32,000 nucleotides of DNA from Wallemia ichthyophaga EXF-994 (Eukaryota; Fungi; Basidiomycota), in the NCBI RefSeq assembly GCF_000400465.1, contig NW_008806298.1, positions 1 to 32,000 on the forward strand, written 5' to 3'. A program made the translations under genes and the position numbers. Under the pieces are notes generated by a model. The model was not told the DNA's origin. It worked only from the letters and a program-made list of their open reading frames with translations, and did not search any database. Below are positions 21,009 through 31,797 of this stretch, one piece after another (position 1 is the stretch's first letter; every line of letters starts with the position of its first letter).

Positions 21009-21957
21009 CTAGTTTACAAGTAATGCAGGGTCATTGAATGCGGCTGTAAAGTAAGGGTGTCTGAGTGCGTCCTCACAGCTCAATCTTCTGATGGGGTCGA
21101 ACTGGAGCAGTTTATCGAGGAGATCGATGGCTGGTAGGGTGTCAGCGTGATGTATCAGATAGAACAAAACACCAACCTAACGGATGTGCCTTAGGATAAA
21201 GGGTGTGCCAAGGCACCTTAGGGTAGCGTGGGAAGTTCCTAAGCTGAATTTCCGGGCTCTCAGCAGCGATCCTACGAAGTACGTCGTCTGATGGCGTACC
21301 GATGACCTTGATAATAGCGTTGAGTTGGTCGTTGTTATCTCTACCTCTAAACAGCGGCACGCCAGAGATCATCTCCGCGAGGATGCAGCCGGCACTCCAC
21401 ACATCTATGCTTGTGGAATACGTCTTGGACCCGAGGAGGACGTCTGGCGGTCTGTACCAGAGGGTGACGACCTCATTCGAGAAGGTGTTGACGGGTATAC
21501 CGAATGCTCTAGCGAGACCAAAGTCAGCGAGTTTGAGCTCGCCGCGCTTGTTTATGAGCAGATTTTGTGGCTTGAGGTCGCGATGCAGGACTCGATTCTC
21601 GTGACAGAATCCCGTACCTTTAATTAGCTGGTATGTGAAACTTCTGATGGTGTTAGGCTCCAGTGCACCTCTGTCGCCGTGACTGTCCATGTACTTTTTC
21701 AGATCCTGGTCCATGAACTCGAATACAAGCATCAGCTTAGTTTCTGTGTGTATTACGTCATGCAGCCTGACTATGTTGGGATGTTTGAGCTCCTTCATGA
21801 GAGATATTTCACGTATAGCTGTACTTGGTGTGCCTTCTTCCGCGTCGAGGTGTATTTCCTTAAGTGCGACAATGTCACTCGTGAGCCTCGATCTGCCCTT
21901 GTGGACAGAGGCGTAGGTACCCTCACCTAGCTTCTCGAGTTGTATATAATTCTGCAT
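21009..21957 (-). CDS. PHO85: Cyclin-dependent kinase Pho85 (PSTAIRE), ~300 aa; exons 21957-21177, 21130-21009
   Basis: [61 protein letters not shown] 46-nt intron supplies the C-terminus [14 protein letters not shown]...EDALRHPYF. Confidence 0.96.
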
Positions 21958-22075
21958 ATTTTCAGACCACTGTAATGGTAGTCGTCAAAGAGCACAGCGC
22001 TTCTCAACTGCTGTCAGCTTAGACGCGTCAAGCGATACTGAAATTGGAAAATATTAAAAATTCGGAAATAAAACA

Positions 22076-23064
22076 ATGGACGCAAATGATCAGGATGAGC
22101 AAGAGGTAGAATACTGTATCTGTAAATCTAATGGCGCCGACAATCTGCCAATGATTTTGTGCGAGGGGTGAGTTTGGTGGTATGTGTTGACACACCGGCT
22201 GAAGACACTCACGGCAGCTGCGAAATGTGGTACCATCTTCACTGTCTGGGATTTCAACCTGGAGATGATGAGCTGATCGATGTGTTCGTCTGTCCCGGTT
22301 GCGAAGAGAAGACAGCGCAAAGGACGAGCTGGCGTAGGAAGTGCAGCAGAGAAGACTGCAAACACGCTTCAAGACTGCCATTATCGATATACTGCTCGGA
22401 TGCTTGTGGAATCTACCTGATGAGTTTGAAATTACGTCAGGTGAATATACATCCCGAGTCTTTGGACGACGCAGCAGGTAAGATCGGCAACTACAACAAT
22501 ATTCCTTCGGTGGTTTTTGACGGCGATGGGAACAAGGTTTCCAGTGTAAGTCTTGCCGCTGAATCCAAGAAGGAAGACTGTTTGTCTAAGCTCTCCAAGC
22601 TCGCAAATCAGATAGAAGAATATACCAATCAAATTAGTCTACTCATAAAGCAAGAATCATACCATCAATTGGCGATATCACGCGCTAGTACTCTCTCAAA
22701 CCATTTGCTCACTCTCAACCAGAACACTTCTCCCGTAAAAACAAAGTCGAGAAAGGGAGCCCCACCACCGCCCAAAGGATATTGTGGATTCGACTATCGA
22801 CTGCTAGCAGATGACGATGAGTGGCCGGAATTCAACTCGCAGGACGTAGAAGCCATTCCCGTCGAGACGGATGGACTACTCTGCAACCTCAAAGAAAGCG
22901 CGTGCTCACGCCACAAGGAATGGAAGAAGATGATTGAGTATAAATTACAAGTTCATAGGTCTACTCTAGAAGCCAAGCAATTCAAATTACAATCAAGGCA
23001 GCAGGAATTAGTTTTGAAGGTGCGACATTTTGATAAAATTATTCAAATTAGCTTTAATATCTGA
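22076..23064 (+). CDS. SPP1: PHD-finger COMPASS subunit Spp1/Cps40 (CFP1-like), ~312 aa; exons 22076-22167, 22218-23064
   Basis: PHD finger YCIC...MILCEGCEMWYHLHC...FVCPGC, followed by KCSREDC...YCSDACG and a C-terminal C...C.RHKEW block. The 50-nt intron keeps the frame. Confidence 0.85.
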
Positions 23065-24055
23065 ATTGATTATGTTGCTGTTGTTGTTGTTGGTAGAATT
23101 GCTGCTGCTGGTGGTGGATGAAGCGTTGGTGCTGTTCAGGTGTGAGAATGGGTGTTTGTGGTGTTTGCATGGATTGTACGGGTTGCACACTTTGCGCATG
23201 TTGTGGCTGTTGAGCATGTTGCTGCGCGAGATGTTGCTGCTGTTGAGTGAATGCCATCTGCTGCTGTTGTGCCATAAGCATCTGTTGCTCTTCGATAGCC
23301 TTCAATTCACTCGCTTGCTGCTGCTGCTGTTGTTGGTGTTGCTGTTGTTGCATTATATACGCCCTCTGCTGCTCCATCTGCAACGCTGCTTCAGCTTCGG
23401 CTTCCAATTCCGCATCTCTCTTAAGCTGCTCAGCGTGTTGTACCTGCTGCTGTCTCGTGAATGCACTCGTCGATGGCTCGTGTCCGTAGTTGTGCACGTC
23501 TACGTCACCGTCGACCCTCTCAGTGCAAAATCCACGCTGTCTAAGTACAGCGTCTCTTACACTATCAGCCACCGCTCTATTTTCATCCAGTACAGCTGTT
23601 TTATTGAGAACGTCTTCAATTGGTGCTGATTTGAGTGGTACGACATCTTCGAAATCCAAGTCCTTTGAGGCGGGTGAGTTGGGCATCTCACTGGCAACTT
23701 GGAGACACTCACAACTTCACCCATCAGTACAACGTTCTCTCCTCTAATCAAGTATAACCCGCGCGGTATATCTGCGTATTCATCCTCTGCGTGTATTCGC
23801 TCAACTGCATCATTCAGGACCAAATTGGCTGGGAATTGATCGTATGAGATTGGCGTACCTATGCTAAGATGAGAAAACCCACCGAATTGATCATATGATC
23901 TCAGCACGCCGAAAATCTTCCTGCCATCTCTAAGTGCCACCAGCATCTTCTCTTTGCGGGAGTGTGAGGAGAGTTATTATGAGATAAAAAGCAAACTAAC
24001 TATCCACGCAGTTAAGCAGCTGCCCGGACGTCGTGAACGGCACCAGTGCTTCCAT
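23054..24055 (-). CDS. LSM1: Sm-like protein Lsm1 with a Q-rich C-terminal extension, ~282 aa; exons 24055-24001, 23951-23883, 23828-23713, 23662-23054
   Basis: [38 protein letters not shown]..AVERI...RGLYLIRGENVVLMGEVDLD is the Lsm1 Sm1/Sm2 signature. Three introns (49, 54, 50 nt) keep the frame. Confidence 0.93.
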
Positions 24056-24347
24056 AGGCTAATTGGGTGTTGGGTGGGAGTGAATGAGAAGAGCAGTCAC
24101 TTAGCAAAATCAATAAGCGCGTAGATATTGAAAATCAACTTAAATTTATTTCATTTCACATAAAATCTATAAAATACAAGTCTAAATGGCTAAATAGCCT
24201 TGTTAAATGTGCCGCAGGACATTGACGCATACAATCATGCGGTAGATGCGAAGATCACCGTTTGTCGCGTCACCCAAGTCCCGTTGCATTTTTTGCTCTC
24301 TGACGCATATACGACTGGCATGGTAACTGACTGCTCAACCGAAGGAG

Positions 24348-24432
24348 CTATCTATCAACCAGCGCCTGTGATTTGTTAGCTTTGTGCTGCTTCCTTGATT
24401 TGTATATTTCGACTCACTTTTTGAAGCGTCAT
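24348..24432 (-). other. Cryptic spliced micro-ORF (MTLQK|ALVDR*) with a canonical 52-nt intron
   Basis: TATAAA at 24479-24474, ATG at 24432, GTGAGT donor at 24417, GCTAAC branch point at 24380-24375, CAG acceptor at 24366. No recognisable product. Confidence 0.4.
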
Positions 24433-24618
24433 TCTTCTTTGCGTTAAAGAGGTAATTCTTAGCGGAGCTCAAATTTATAATCCGCGAAAATCTTCACTCT
24501 AGACACCTTTCTCGGTCATCATAGCGCAGGGCGGAGTAACGCATCCATTAACTCCTTTCCAGCGATCCTGAACTCTGTCGCTAATCACACGCCACCCATC
24601 TTTCTGACATCACCGACC

Positions 24619-25942
24619 ATGACTTCGCATACCAAAATAACGGATCCAAGCATATACACCAGATTACCCAGCCTAGCAGCAATGTATGATTATTTCACCA
24701 CAGATGATCCACACATGCTTCATCCAGATATCCGTGTACCCACAGCGGTACTCGTAGCCTATCTAGCCTTAATGGTACTCTGCGTCCTGAGTTTAGCAAT
24801 CCCACTGCCATCGCGTCAGCTCAAGATTATAAATCGCGGCCTAATGCTACCCGCAATCCTTTCCATATCAGCGTACATCTACCAAAAGTGTCTCTACTTA
24901 GACACAGCCGGAAACAGATTCTCTGTACCTAGCACCGCAGTAGTTAAGTATTAGCCGCGCACATCACTTCAAGCCCTTTAACGCTACTGCAGGCTTCACC
25001 TTGCGTGCGATCGACACACTCCTATTTTCAGGCGACCCACACAAGACATTCTTTCGTATAGACAAGCCCCACCCGCCCCGCACACTGCGCGAGGGGCTAG
25101 CATACTCTTTTTCCTTCTGGTTCACCTTCAGGGGCATCAAGTGGAATTGGAAATCGCGCAAGACGCCTACTTGGAGTGAGAATAACATTCCCACCCGCAC
25201 GCAATTTATACGCATGCACTTGCACAATTTGGCTTGGCGCTACGTCTTCATGGACGCGCTGGAGACGTTTCTTCGCAAGACCGGTTTCCTAGCATACCCG
25301 CCCCTGCTGATGAATGACTTGTCTTTGTTATCGCCACTGAGAAATGCAGCTGGTTTGGCACACGGTGTCCTTCTGTGGCAGGTCATTGATATGACTTACT
25401 CACTCTTTGTCATCCCTTGCGTCCTTCTTCGCATCAGTCATGTCGACGAATGTCCCCCTCAGTTTGGTCGCTTAGCAGACGCTACGACTCTAGCTGCCTA
25501 CTGGGCAACCCTATGGCATAGCAATTGGAAAAAGCCTTTCGTTGGTGTGTCATTAGGTGTTACTAGATTCTTCAAGTTACCCGCCATGTTCGGGGTTTTT
25601 GGTACTTTCATTATTAGCGGTATTTTTCATTCTCTTATTGCCTTAGCTGCGCATGGAGGTGATATACGAAGTTGGTCAGGCGCTGGTGCGATGCTCTCAT
25701 TCGCCGTTCAACCTATTGGACTCATTGTAGAGAGGTGTTTCATGTCTCACATTCTTCCACTCCTTCCAATTTCTGTCAGGAGATCCAAATTATTCAAGTC
25801 GTTATCTTATCTTTGGGTCACACTCTGGCTGTCCACCACAGCTAGTTTCGCATTCGACGAAGTCAACCAAGCCGGTTTAATGGCGAAACCACTTCTACCC
25901 TTCTCGCCTGTGCGATACATCCTCGATCAGATATATGCTTAA
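24619..25942 (+). CDS. MBOAT_2/wax-synthase-like membrane acyltransferase (Tri7-like), ~424 aa; exons 24619-24924, 24974-25942
   Basis: Multi-TM protein with FRGIKWNW, PPQFG, YWATLWHS.W and GTFIISGIFH (putative catalytic His). A 49-nt intron joins the two ORFs in phase 0. Confidence 0.8.
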
Positions 25943-25977
25943 ATAATAACCATTCTATAGATCTTTCTAAGGCTTTT

Positions 25978-28441
25978 CTACAATTTCAATCCTGATGCAT
26001 TCTTGCCTTCTTCACTATTACCCTTCTTCTTCTTAGCGTTGGCCTCTCCCTTTCCAACAACAGTGACTCCTTTGCCCTGTGAAAGTTTCTTGAGAGCATC
26101 ACGCTTCTCATCTCCCACTGACATTCTCTGTTTGCGCGATTTGTCGTCGACCACATTTGCAATCTTAGCTCTATCTTTAGCGCGGGATTTACGAATCCTG
26201 CTACGTTGAGCACGTTTCTCCTCAGGTGCCATCTCTTCCTTAGACACATTACCGAATCGCGGACCGCTGTAAACTTCCTCAGGAGCTGCGCGACTAGCGT
26301 TCGATTGTGCAGTCGGCAGTGCATTCTCCAGACTAATAGATGGGGTGTTAGAAACTGTCTCAATCTGCGCCTTTGGTGCTGGTGGAGTGAAGTGGGCGTT
26401 AGATAGCGCGTCAAGTTTCGAAGAGAGCTGGTTCCACATTTCATCTATCTCTCGGTGCTCCTTGGTAAGTTTTTCGTCATCATTTATAGTGTTGCCCGTG
26501 TGCTCATTTGCGTAGAGATCTCCTAAACCTTGCGACGATTGTTGGTCACTCAACTCGAAAAGCCTAGATGGGAGGAATGGTTTTTCGTTCACTTGACTCA
26601 CCCTCTCCACATCGTTGAAGTGCTCATTTATTATACGCTGCTTGATTAAATCTTCGAGCGTCGATTGCTTCTCTTCAGTATTCTCAGGCGTAATTTTGTT
26701 GATGGTTTCGAAATCTAAATCTTCAGCTAACAGACTGTTTTCCGGGCGCGCTTTAGACGAGACTTCTCCTTTCAACGTCCATTCCTTCGCTGCGACATTC
26801 TCATCTTCGAGATCGGCTATTTGACGTGCGAGGGCTGTTCGTCTGCGACCATGAGCAGATGCAGGTGCTAGGGTAGTGTGAGCATTGATGTAAATATTAA
26901 AATGGTAGGAGGACCCACCTTCATCTCCATCTTCTTCCTCTTCTTCCTCGGCGAAGAGATCAGAGTTGAACTTCTCCATAGTAGCGTTCTCTGGATCATC
27001 TCCAGCTTCACCTTCCTCTTCCTCTTCCTCGTTTTCCTCAGCTTGCTCATTGTCGTCGCTGTTTTCCTCGTGGTCCATCTCCTCGTCAAGATCCTCCGCC
27101 TTCTCACCAAGAGCGTCCTCATCAAGCATATCGAGATCTCCATTCTCAAGATCGTCTGCATCGTCGTCGAAAGCCTCATCACCTTCCTCATCATCATCAG
27201 CGCTATCATCATCGTCATCGTCGCGCATGCTGCCTTTGCCTGGAAAATTGTGAGATGGACAAGTACAAGAGTGTGTCACCCACTTTTGTTCTTAATTTTT
27301 TGCACTTTGACGGAATCATCGAAGCGTACAGAAGATCTCCTTTTCTCCCTTTTCTCCTTCTTATCCTTCTTTTCTTTCTTATCCTTCTTATCCTTCTTAT
27401 CTTTCTTGGCATTGGGTTGTGTATCAGCGAGAGAGTAGCTTGGAGGTTTGGCATGAGACCATCCTTTACGAGGTGGAGCGAAAAAGTCGTTGAAGAAGAC
27501 GTCGTTTGCATTCTCGTCGTCATTCTCTAGTTGAGCTGCAGCCTCAGGGGAGAAGATGTCGACGTCCTCCTCTTCTTCACTATCTTCGTCCTCATCATTC
27601 CTCCTTCGCAGACGATCGCTGACCTCTTGATCTTCTGTCATTCTGTTGAAATCGTCTATGGAAAAGAAAGCATCATCAAGCCCCCAGACATCCTTCTTGG
27701 GCGGTTTGCCTGTGCTCTTCTTTCCTGCGGTCTCCTCTTCATCACTGCTATCTTGTTCTTCGTCGTTGAGTTTCTGATAACTGATTTCACCAATTGTAGG
27801 GTCGTCTTCACCATCAAAACTTGATTGGGAGCTACTTTCGTCCTCCTCGGCGTCATCGCTCCCGTCATCATCTAACAATCCCTCTGCTCTCAAAGCTTCA
27901 ATCTCTTCTGGTGAGAGATCATCCAAATCGATGTCTTCCTCTTCCTCATCTTCCTCGCCGTCGATAGCATCCTCGTCATTATCGTCTGGAATATCAGTCT
28001 GATCACTTGCGTCTACCAGTCTCTCCACCAAATCGCACATAACCTTGGCTCTGAGATCGAGTTGGTGGTAGATTTGATCATCGTTGAAGCCATCGATAAA
28101 GAGCTCATCTAAGGGAGTTTCTTCGATCTCCATATGCTCTTCTTGATCCGCACCGCCTCTCTTCCTTTTCTGCTGCTTCTTTTGGCGAGTTTCAACAGCG
28201 GGAATTTTGAAAGTTTGGAGGATATCGTTGATGTACTTGAGAGAATTCTTTTCGTCTTTAAGTCCTGTGGCCTTGTCAGTGCCGTGTTGGGCGAGTGCAA
28301 ATACTCCCACGCACCACGATCGAATAATTCTTTACTGGCTTCGAGTGAGGAGTGCTTGAGCTCATCGTCGCCGTTTACGAAAGCGCCTGATTTTGTGGAT
28401 AATATATTTATGTAGTTATCCAATATTCCATTCCGTGCCAT
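25978..28441 (-). CDS. MPP10: U3 snoRNP/SSU processome subunit Mpp10, ~772 aa; exons 28441-28315, 28264-27284, 27239-26919, 26867-25978
   Basis: L.IDGF..DQIY.QLDLR, LDD.FFSIDDFN, WTLKGE....RPENSLL.EDLDFE, LEDLIK.RI....F.DV.R, KLDALSNAHFTP and APEEV motifs; very acidic composition. Confidence 0.94.
27340..27408 (-). repeat. Imperfect 9-nt coding tandem repeat (KKD/KKE)n in Mpp10
   Basis: Repeated cttatcctt-like units on the + strand encode KKDKKDKKDKKEKKDKKEKREKRR. Confidence 0.75.
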
Positions 28442-28557
28442 CTTCGCGGTACTTGATAGAGATGTGAGGGAGGTGAGACGCGGCGTAAACCCAATCGCTT
28501 TCTTAATTTGATTTGCGTTCCTCTAAGAAGCGTACATCTTAATCTCCAACTTCCAGC

Positions 28558-29707
28558 ATGTCATCAATCAGAGAAGCGACGCACGCAGGCGCCTGGTACT
28601 CAGCCAATCGTGGGTATATCCAACGAATCCGCTCGCTTCTAATCGCCACACAGCATCCACGCTCACCAATCAGCTAACTGGCTGGTTCAGCGATGCAGCC
28701 GACGCAGGCGTGACCAGCGATCCGAAATGCAGAGTGGTAATTGCACCGTCAGTCTCTTCGGCTAACGAAGCCCTGCGCCTCCAAAGCTAACCCTGCACAC
28801 AGCCACGCTGGCTTATCTTTCAGCGGTCGCACAGCAGCGCACGCATACTCTGCGGCTACGCTGAGCAACTACAAGCGCATCATTATGCTGGGGCCCAGCC
28901 ACCACGTCTATCTCGACTCCTGCGCCCTGTCCCCTTTCTCCTCCTACGATACGCCTTTCGGTCCGCTCAGCGTAGATAAGGGAGTGAATGACGATCTGGC
29001 CAAGTGCGGCGCGTTCAAACGCATGAGCAGATCTACCGATGAGGATGAGCACAGCTTCGAAATGCATACTCCGTTTATTAAGACCTTATCTAGGGAGTGG
29101 GTACTTTTTCCGACACATCCGGCCATTTCACTCATAATGCAAAAGACACGATATAAAAATCGTCCCAATCCTCATTGGCAGTCTCTCGCACGAGCAGGAA
29201 GTGGAGTTTGGCGCTTATCTGTCCAAGTACATCAACGACCCTGAGACACTCTTCGCTATTTCGTCTGATTTCAGTCATTGGTGGGTGCTTTCGACACAAA
29301 ACGCTTTATCCTGACGTCTCATGCCTAGGGGATCGAGATTCAGATACACCTACTACAGACCATCGCCCTCCTCAGACGGACGCAGACTAGCGAAATCAGA
29401 CAGCACACATAAAGACGAAGATGCTGTACATGAGAGCATAACAGGGTTAGACCACGAGGCATGGGATATACTCAGTGGTGCCCTCTCCAACCCCCAACGC
29501 TCACATGAAAACTTTACCAAGTATCTGCGCAAGACAGGCAACACCATCTGTGGAAGACATGCGTTTGGCGTGTTGCTGGGTGCAATCAGACATGCAAACA
29601 AAGATTATGACGGTCATGTGCAATGGACGCACTACTCTCAATCCTCCAAGGCACTTTCCGCCAACGATAGCAGCGTCAGCTATTCTGGAGGCTATATGGC
29701 ATTTTGA
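28558..29707 (+). CDS. MEMO1: Memo1/Mho1 family protein (AmmeMemoRadiSam protein B), ~317 aa; exons 28558-28609, 28654-28747, 28803-29096, 29146-29280, 29329-29707
   Basis: REATHAGAWYS, IAPHAGLSFSG, LGPSHH, DEDEHSFEMH, ISSDFSHWGSRF, NTICGRH..GVLL and YSQSS.......SSVSY motifs; four frame-preserving introns. Confidence 0.94.
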
Positions 29708-29985
29708 TCACGTTTCCTGGATATGTCAATGTAATGTGTAATTCAAATTTATATCTATACAAGAGTTGTTTGGCTACAGAACTATAGCTGCTACAAGTTA
29801 ATTTCGTAATTTAGGATAAGTTTGTATCAACGAGATTCCATTGAGTCACAAATGAGTATTATAAATAAGTTTGCTTTATCTGGTAAGTTGCTGAGTCTAT
29901 TGTAATTTTAATTGAGTATGCGCTGAAAGTAGTGAAAAGTTTGACTTTAATGGTAAGATTTAAAGTTTCCACTAATGCATAATGT

Positions 29986-31113
29986 CTACTTAGTATGGAC
30001 GCTCTTCATAAGAGCGCTCAATGCTTCACTTCCAAATTTACCCTTAGGATAGCATATGAAGAGTGGTTGATGTTTTACATCGAATTTCTCCCTGAATGCA
30101 CCGCGATTGGTGAGTCCAGCAGCCGAAACGATAGAGTTGTACATCTTGGACAACCATGCCATCCTCATACTGCTTAGATTGTGCGTCGGAATAAGCTGAT
30201 CAGCGGCACTTATTCCGAAGCTACAATAGAGCACGCCTTGCGCTTGGAGTGACTCGAGGACATGATGCAACTGGTGCTCGCTCACGCCTCGAGGCGCGTT
30301 AGGGAACACTATCGAGTGTTCGATTTGATGACAACTTGATGAAATTTTCGATAAAACGGTGAATCCCCATATCTAGGATGTGCGTTAGAGCGATACAAAC
30401 AAGTTGAACTCCTACCCACTTTCCTAGAATCTCCATGACGCGCGTAGAAAAGACGACGATGATTAAGATCGACCCATGGTTGCAGGTCTTGAGTAGCGAT
30501 CTGGATACCGGTACGCTTCTTCTTCCAATCGTGAATACCTTGTTCAACAGCCGCTTTGTCGCTGTCTGAGATTTCGTGCACCTCATCCACTACAATTCCT
30601 TCTTTTATCGATCTGCGTACATTGCTACGAACATCCCTAGAACGCATGAGGTTGACAGTGGATAAGTCGACAATGTCCTAATAGAAACAGTTCAGCTGCA
30701 ATACACCTATTTAACGCGCAACACACCTGTCTTATACACGATAAACTCGACCAATTGAGATCAGGCTCAGACAAAACGCGCTCAAATTCCTCCCCGACGC
30801 ATGTCCACACACAAACTAGCCCATTGGACTGGCAGAAATGGATAAACTTTCTCGCGACAGTTGCCCAGCGTGATTTGTCGCAAATGGGAGATCCCCATGC
30901 AATGACATAGTCCTTGTGCTTCGTGTATCCCTGTATACCTTCCCTAACGTTGCCCGTGTCATCCTCGTTATCGTCCTCGGATGAGCTGCTCTCCAGACCG
31001 TTAGCATCCATTTTGGTGAACTCCTTCCAAATTTCATAACGCTTATCCAACCACGAAGGACCGGCTGGCTGGTTGTAGCTGTTGCTGATACTATCTGCGA
31101 TATCTGACTTCAT
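29986..31113 (-). CDS. Free-standing DUF2156 (LPG_synthase_C/aminoacyl-tRNA transferase) protein resembling the ErdS transferase domain, ~343 aa; exons 31113-30727, 30677-30420, 30372-29986
   Basis: The spliced product contains SWLDKRYEIW, WGSPICD, LNWSSLSCI, W...R.G.QI....LQPWVD..HRR.FYA, HSIVFPNAPRGVSE, SFG and FREKF......LFICYP. I recognise these blocks from fungal DUF2156 domains. Two canonical introns (49, 47 nt) fuse three ORF fragments in frame. Confidence 0.78.
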
Positions 31114-31436
31114 TTGGTATCTGCGCTGTTTAATGTGAAGATACAAATTTCGGCTCCATCGAATACGTGCTAATTTTTTTGCCTATGATTCATACGTGAT
31201 ACGCAGTACCGTGCAAACGAAGAATTTCAAAGTCTTTGAAGAAATCGTATTTATTTTGCTGCTCTCTCGCACACTCAATTCCAATCCCACTCCCATAAGG
31301 ATAAATTTTCCTTTAGTTCCTCCCAATGACTTCATCTCACCTCGATCAGCACAGTGATTATCCGAAGAGCTTGGCTGTTTGGCGGACGCATTGGAATAAA
31401 TTTACTTTTGCTCATTTTCTACATGAGTTTTTCAAG

Positions 31437-31643
31437 TTAATTTTCCCCGTTCATTCCTGCACCAGGGTACCCATTGGAGTAATGGTAACTGGCCGGTTAG
31501 CAATTCGCAATAATGTAACCTGTGAAGTTATGTCCGCTAGCCAGCTACATGCGCCCAACTATATCCCCACATATTTATAATCAAGCTGCTTACGCGATTG
31601 CAGTTGGTGCCTCGCCAGGCTCAGCACCGCTATTTATAGTCAT
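31437..31643 (-). other. Possible spliced 33-aa micro-ORF
   Basis: ATG 31643, GTAAGC donor 31593, GCTAAC branch point and CAG acceptor 31489 give MTINSGAEPGEAPTAIAYHYSNGYPGAGMNGEN*. The intron (105 nt) is long for this locus. Confidence 0.3.
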
Positions 31644-31797
31644 AGGATGGTAGACAGAAAAACACTTCTAATATCTTCTTATTGCTTCATAAAATTCTTT
31701 ACACTACCATATGGGAAAGCAAAAAAGCAAGAAAATTTATTTAAAACGAAGAATATTGTACTTGTGTTTAGAATGAATATCATGAGTAATAGCACCA

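Noticed and set aside
23030-23629. 199-aa Leu-rich + strand ORF that looks like a membrane protein
   Set aside because: It is the reverse complement of the CAG/CAA polyQ tract of LSM1 (CTG/TTG read as Leu).
24619-31113. Possible lipid-modification cluster (MBOAT acyltransferase + DUF2156 transferase)
   Set aside because: Housekeeping genes MPP10 and MEMO1 lie between them, and there is no shared regulatory signal or other cluster hallmark.
31437-31643. Resemblance of the micro-ORF to MSDIN-type RiPP or pheromone precursors
   Set aside because: It lacks the MSDINxxRLP leader, the conserved follower and a C-terminal CAAX; only the length and Pro spacing are similar.
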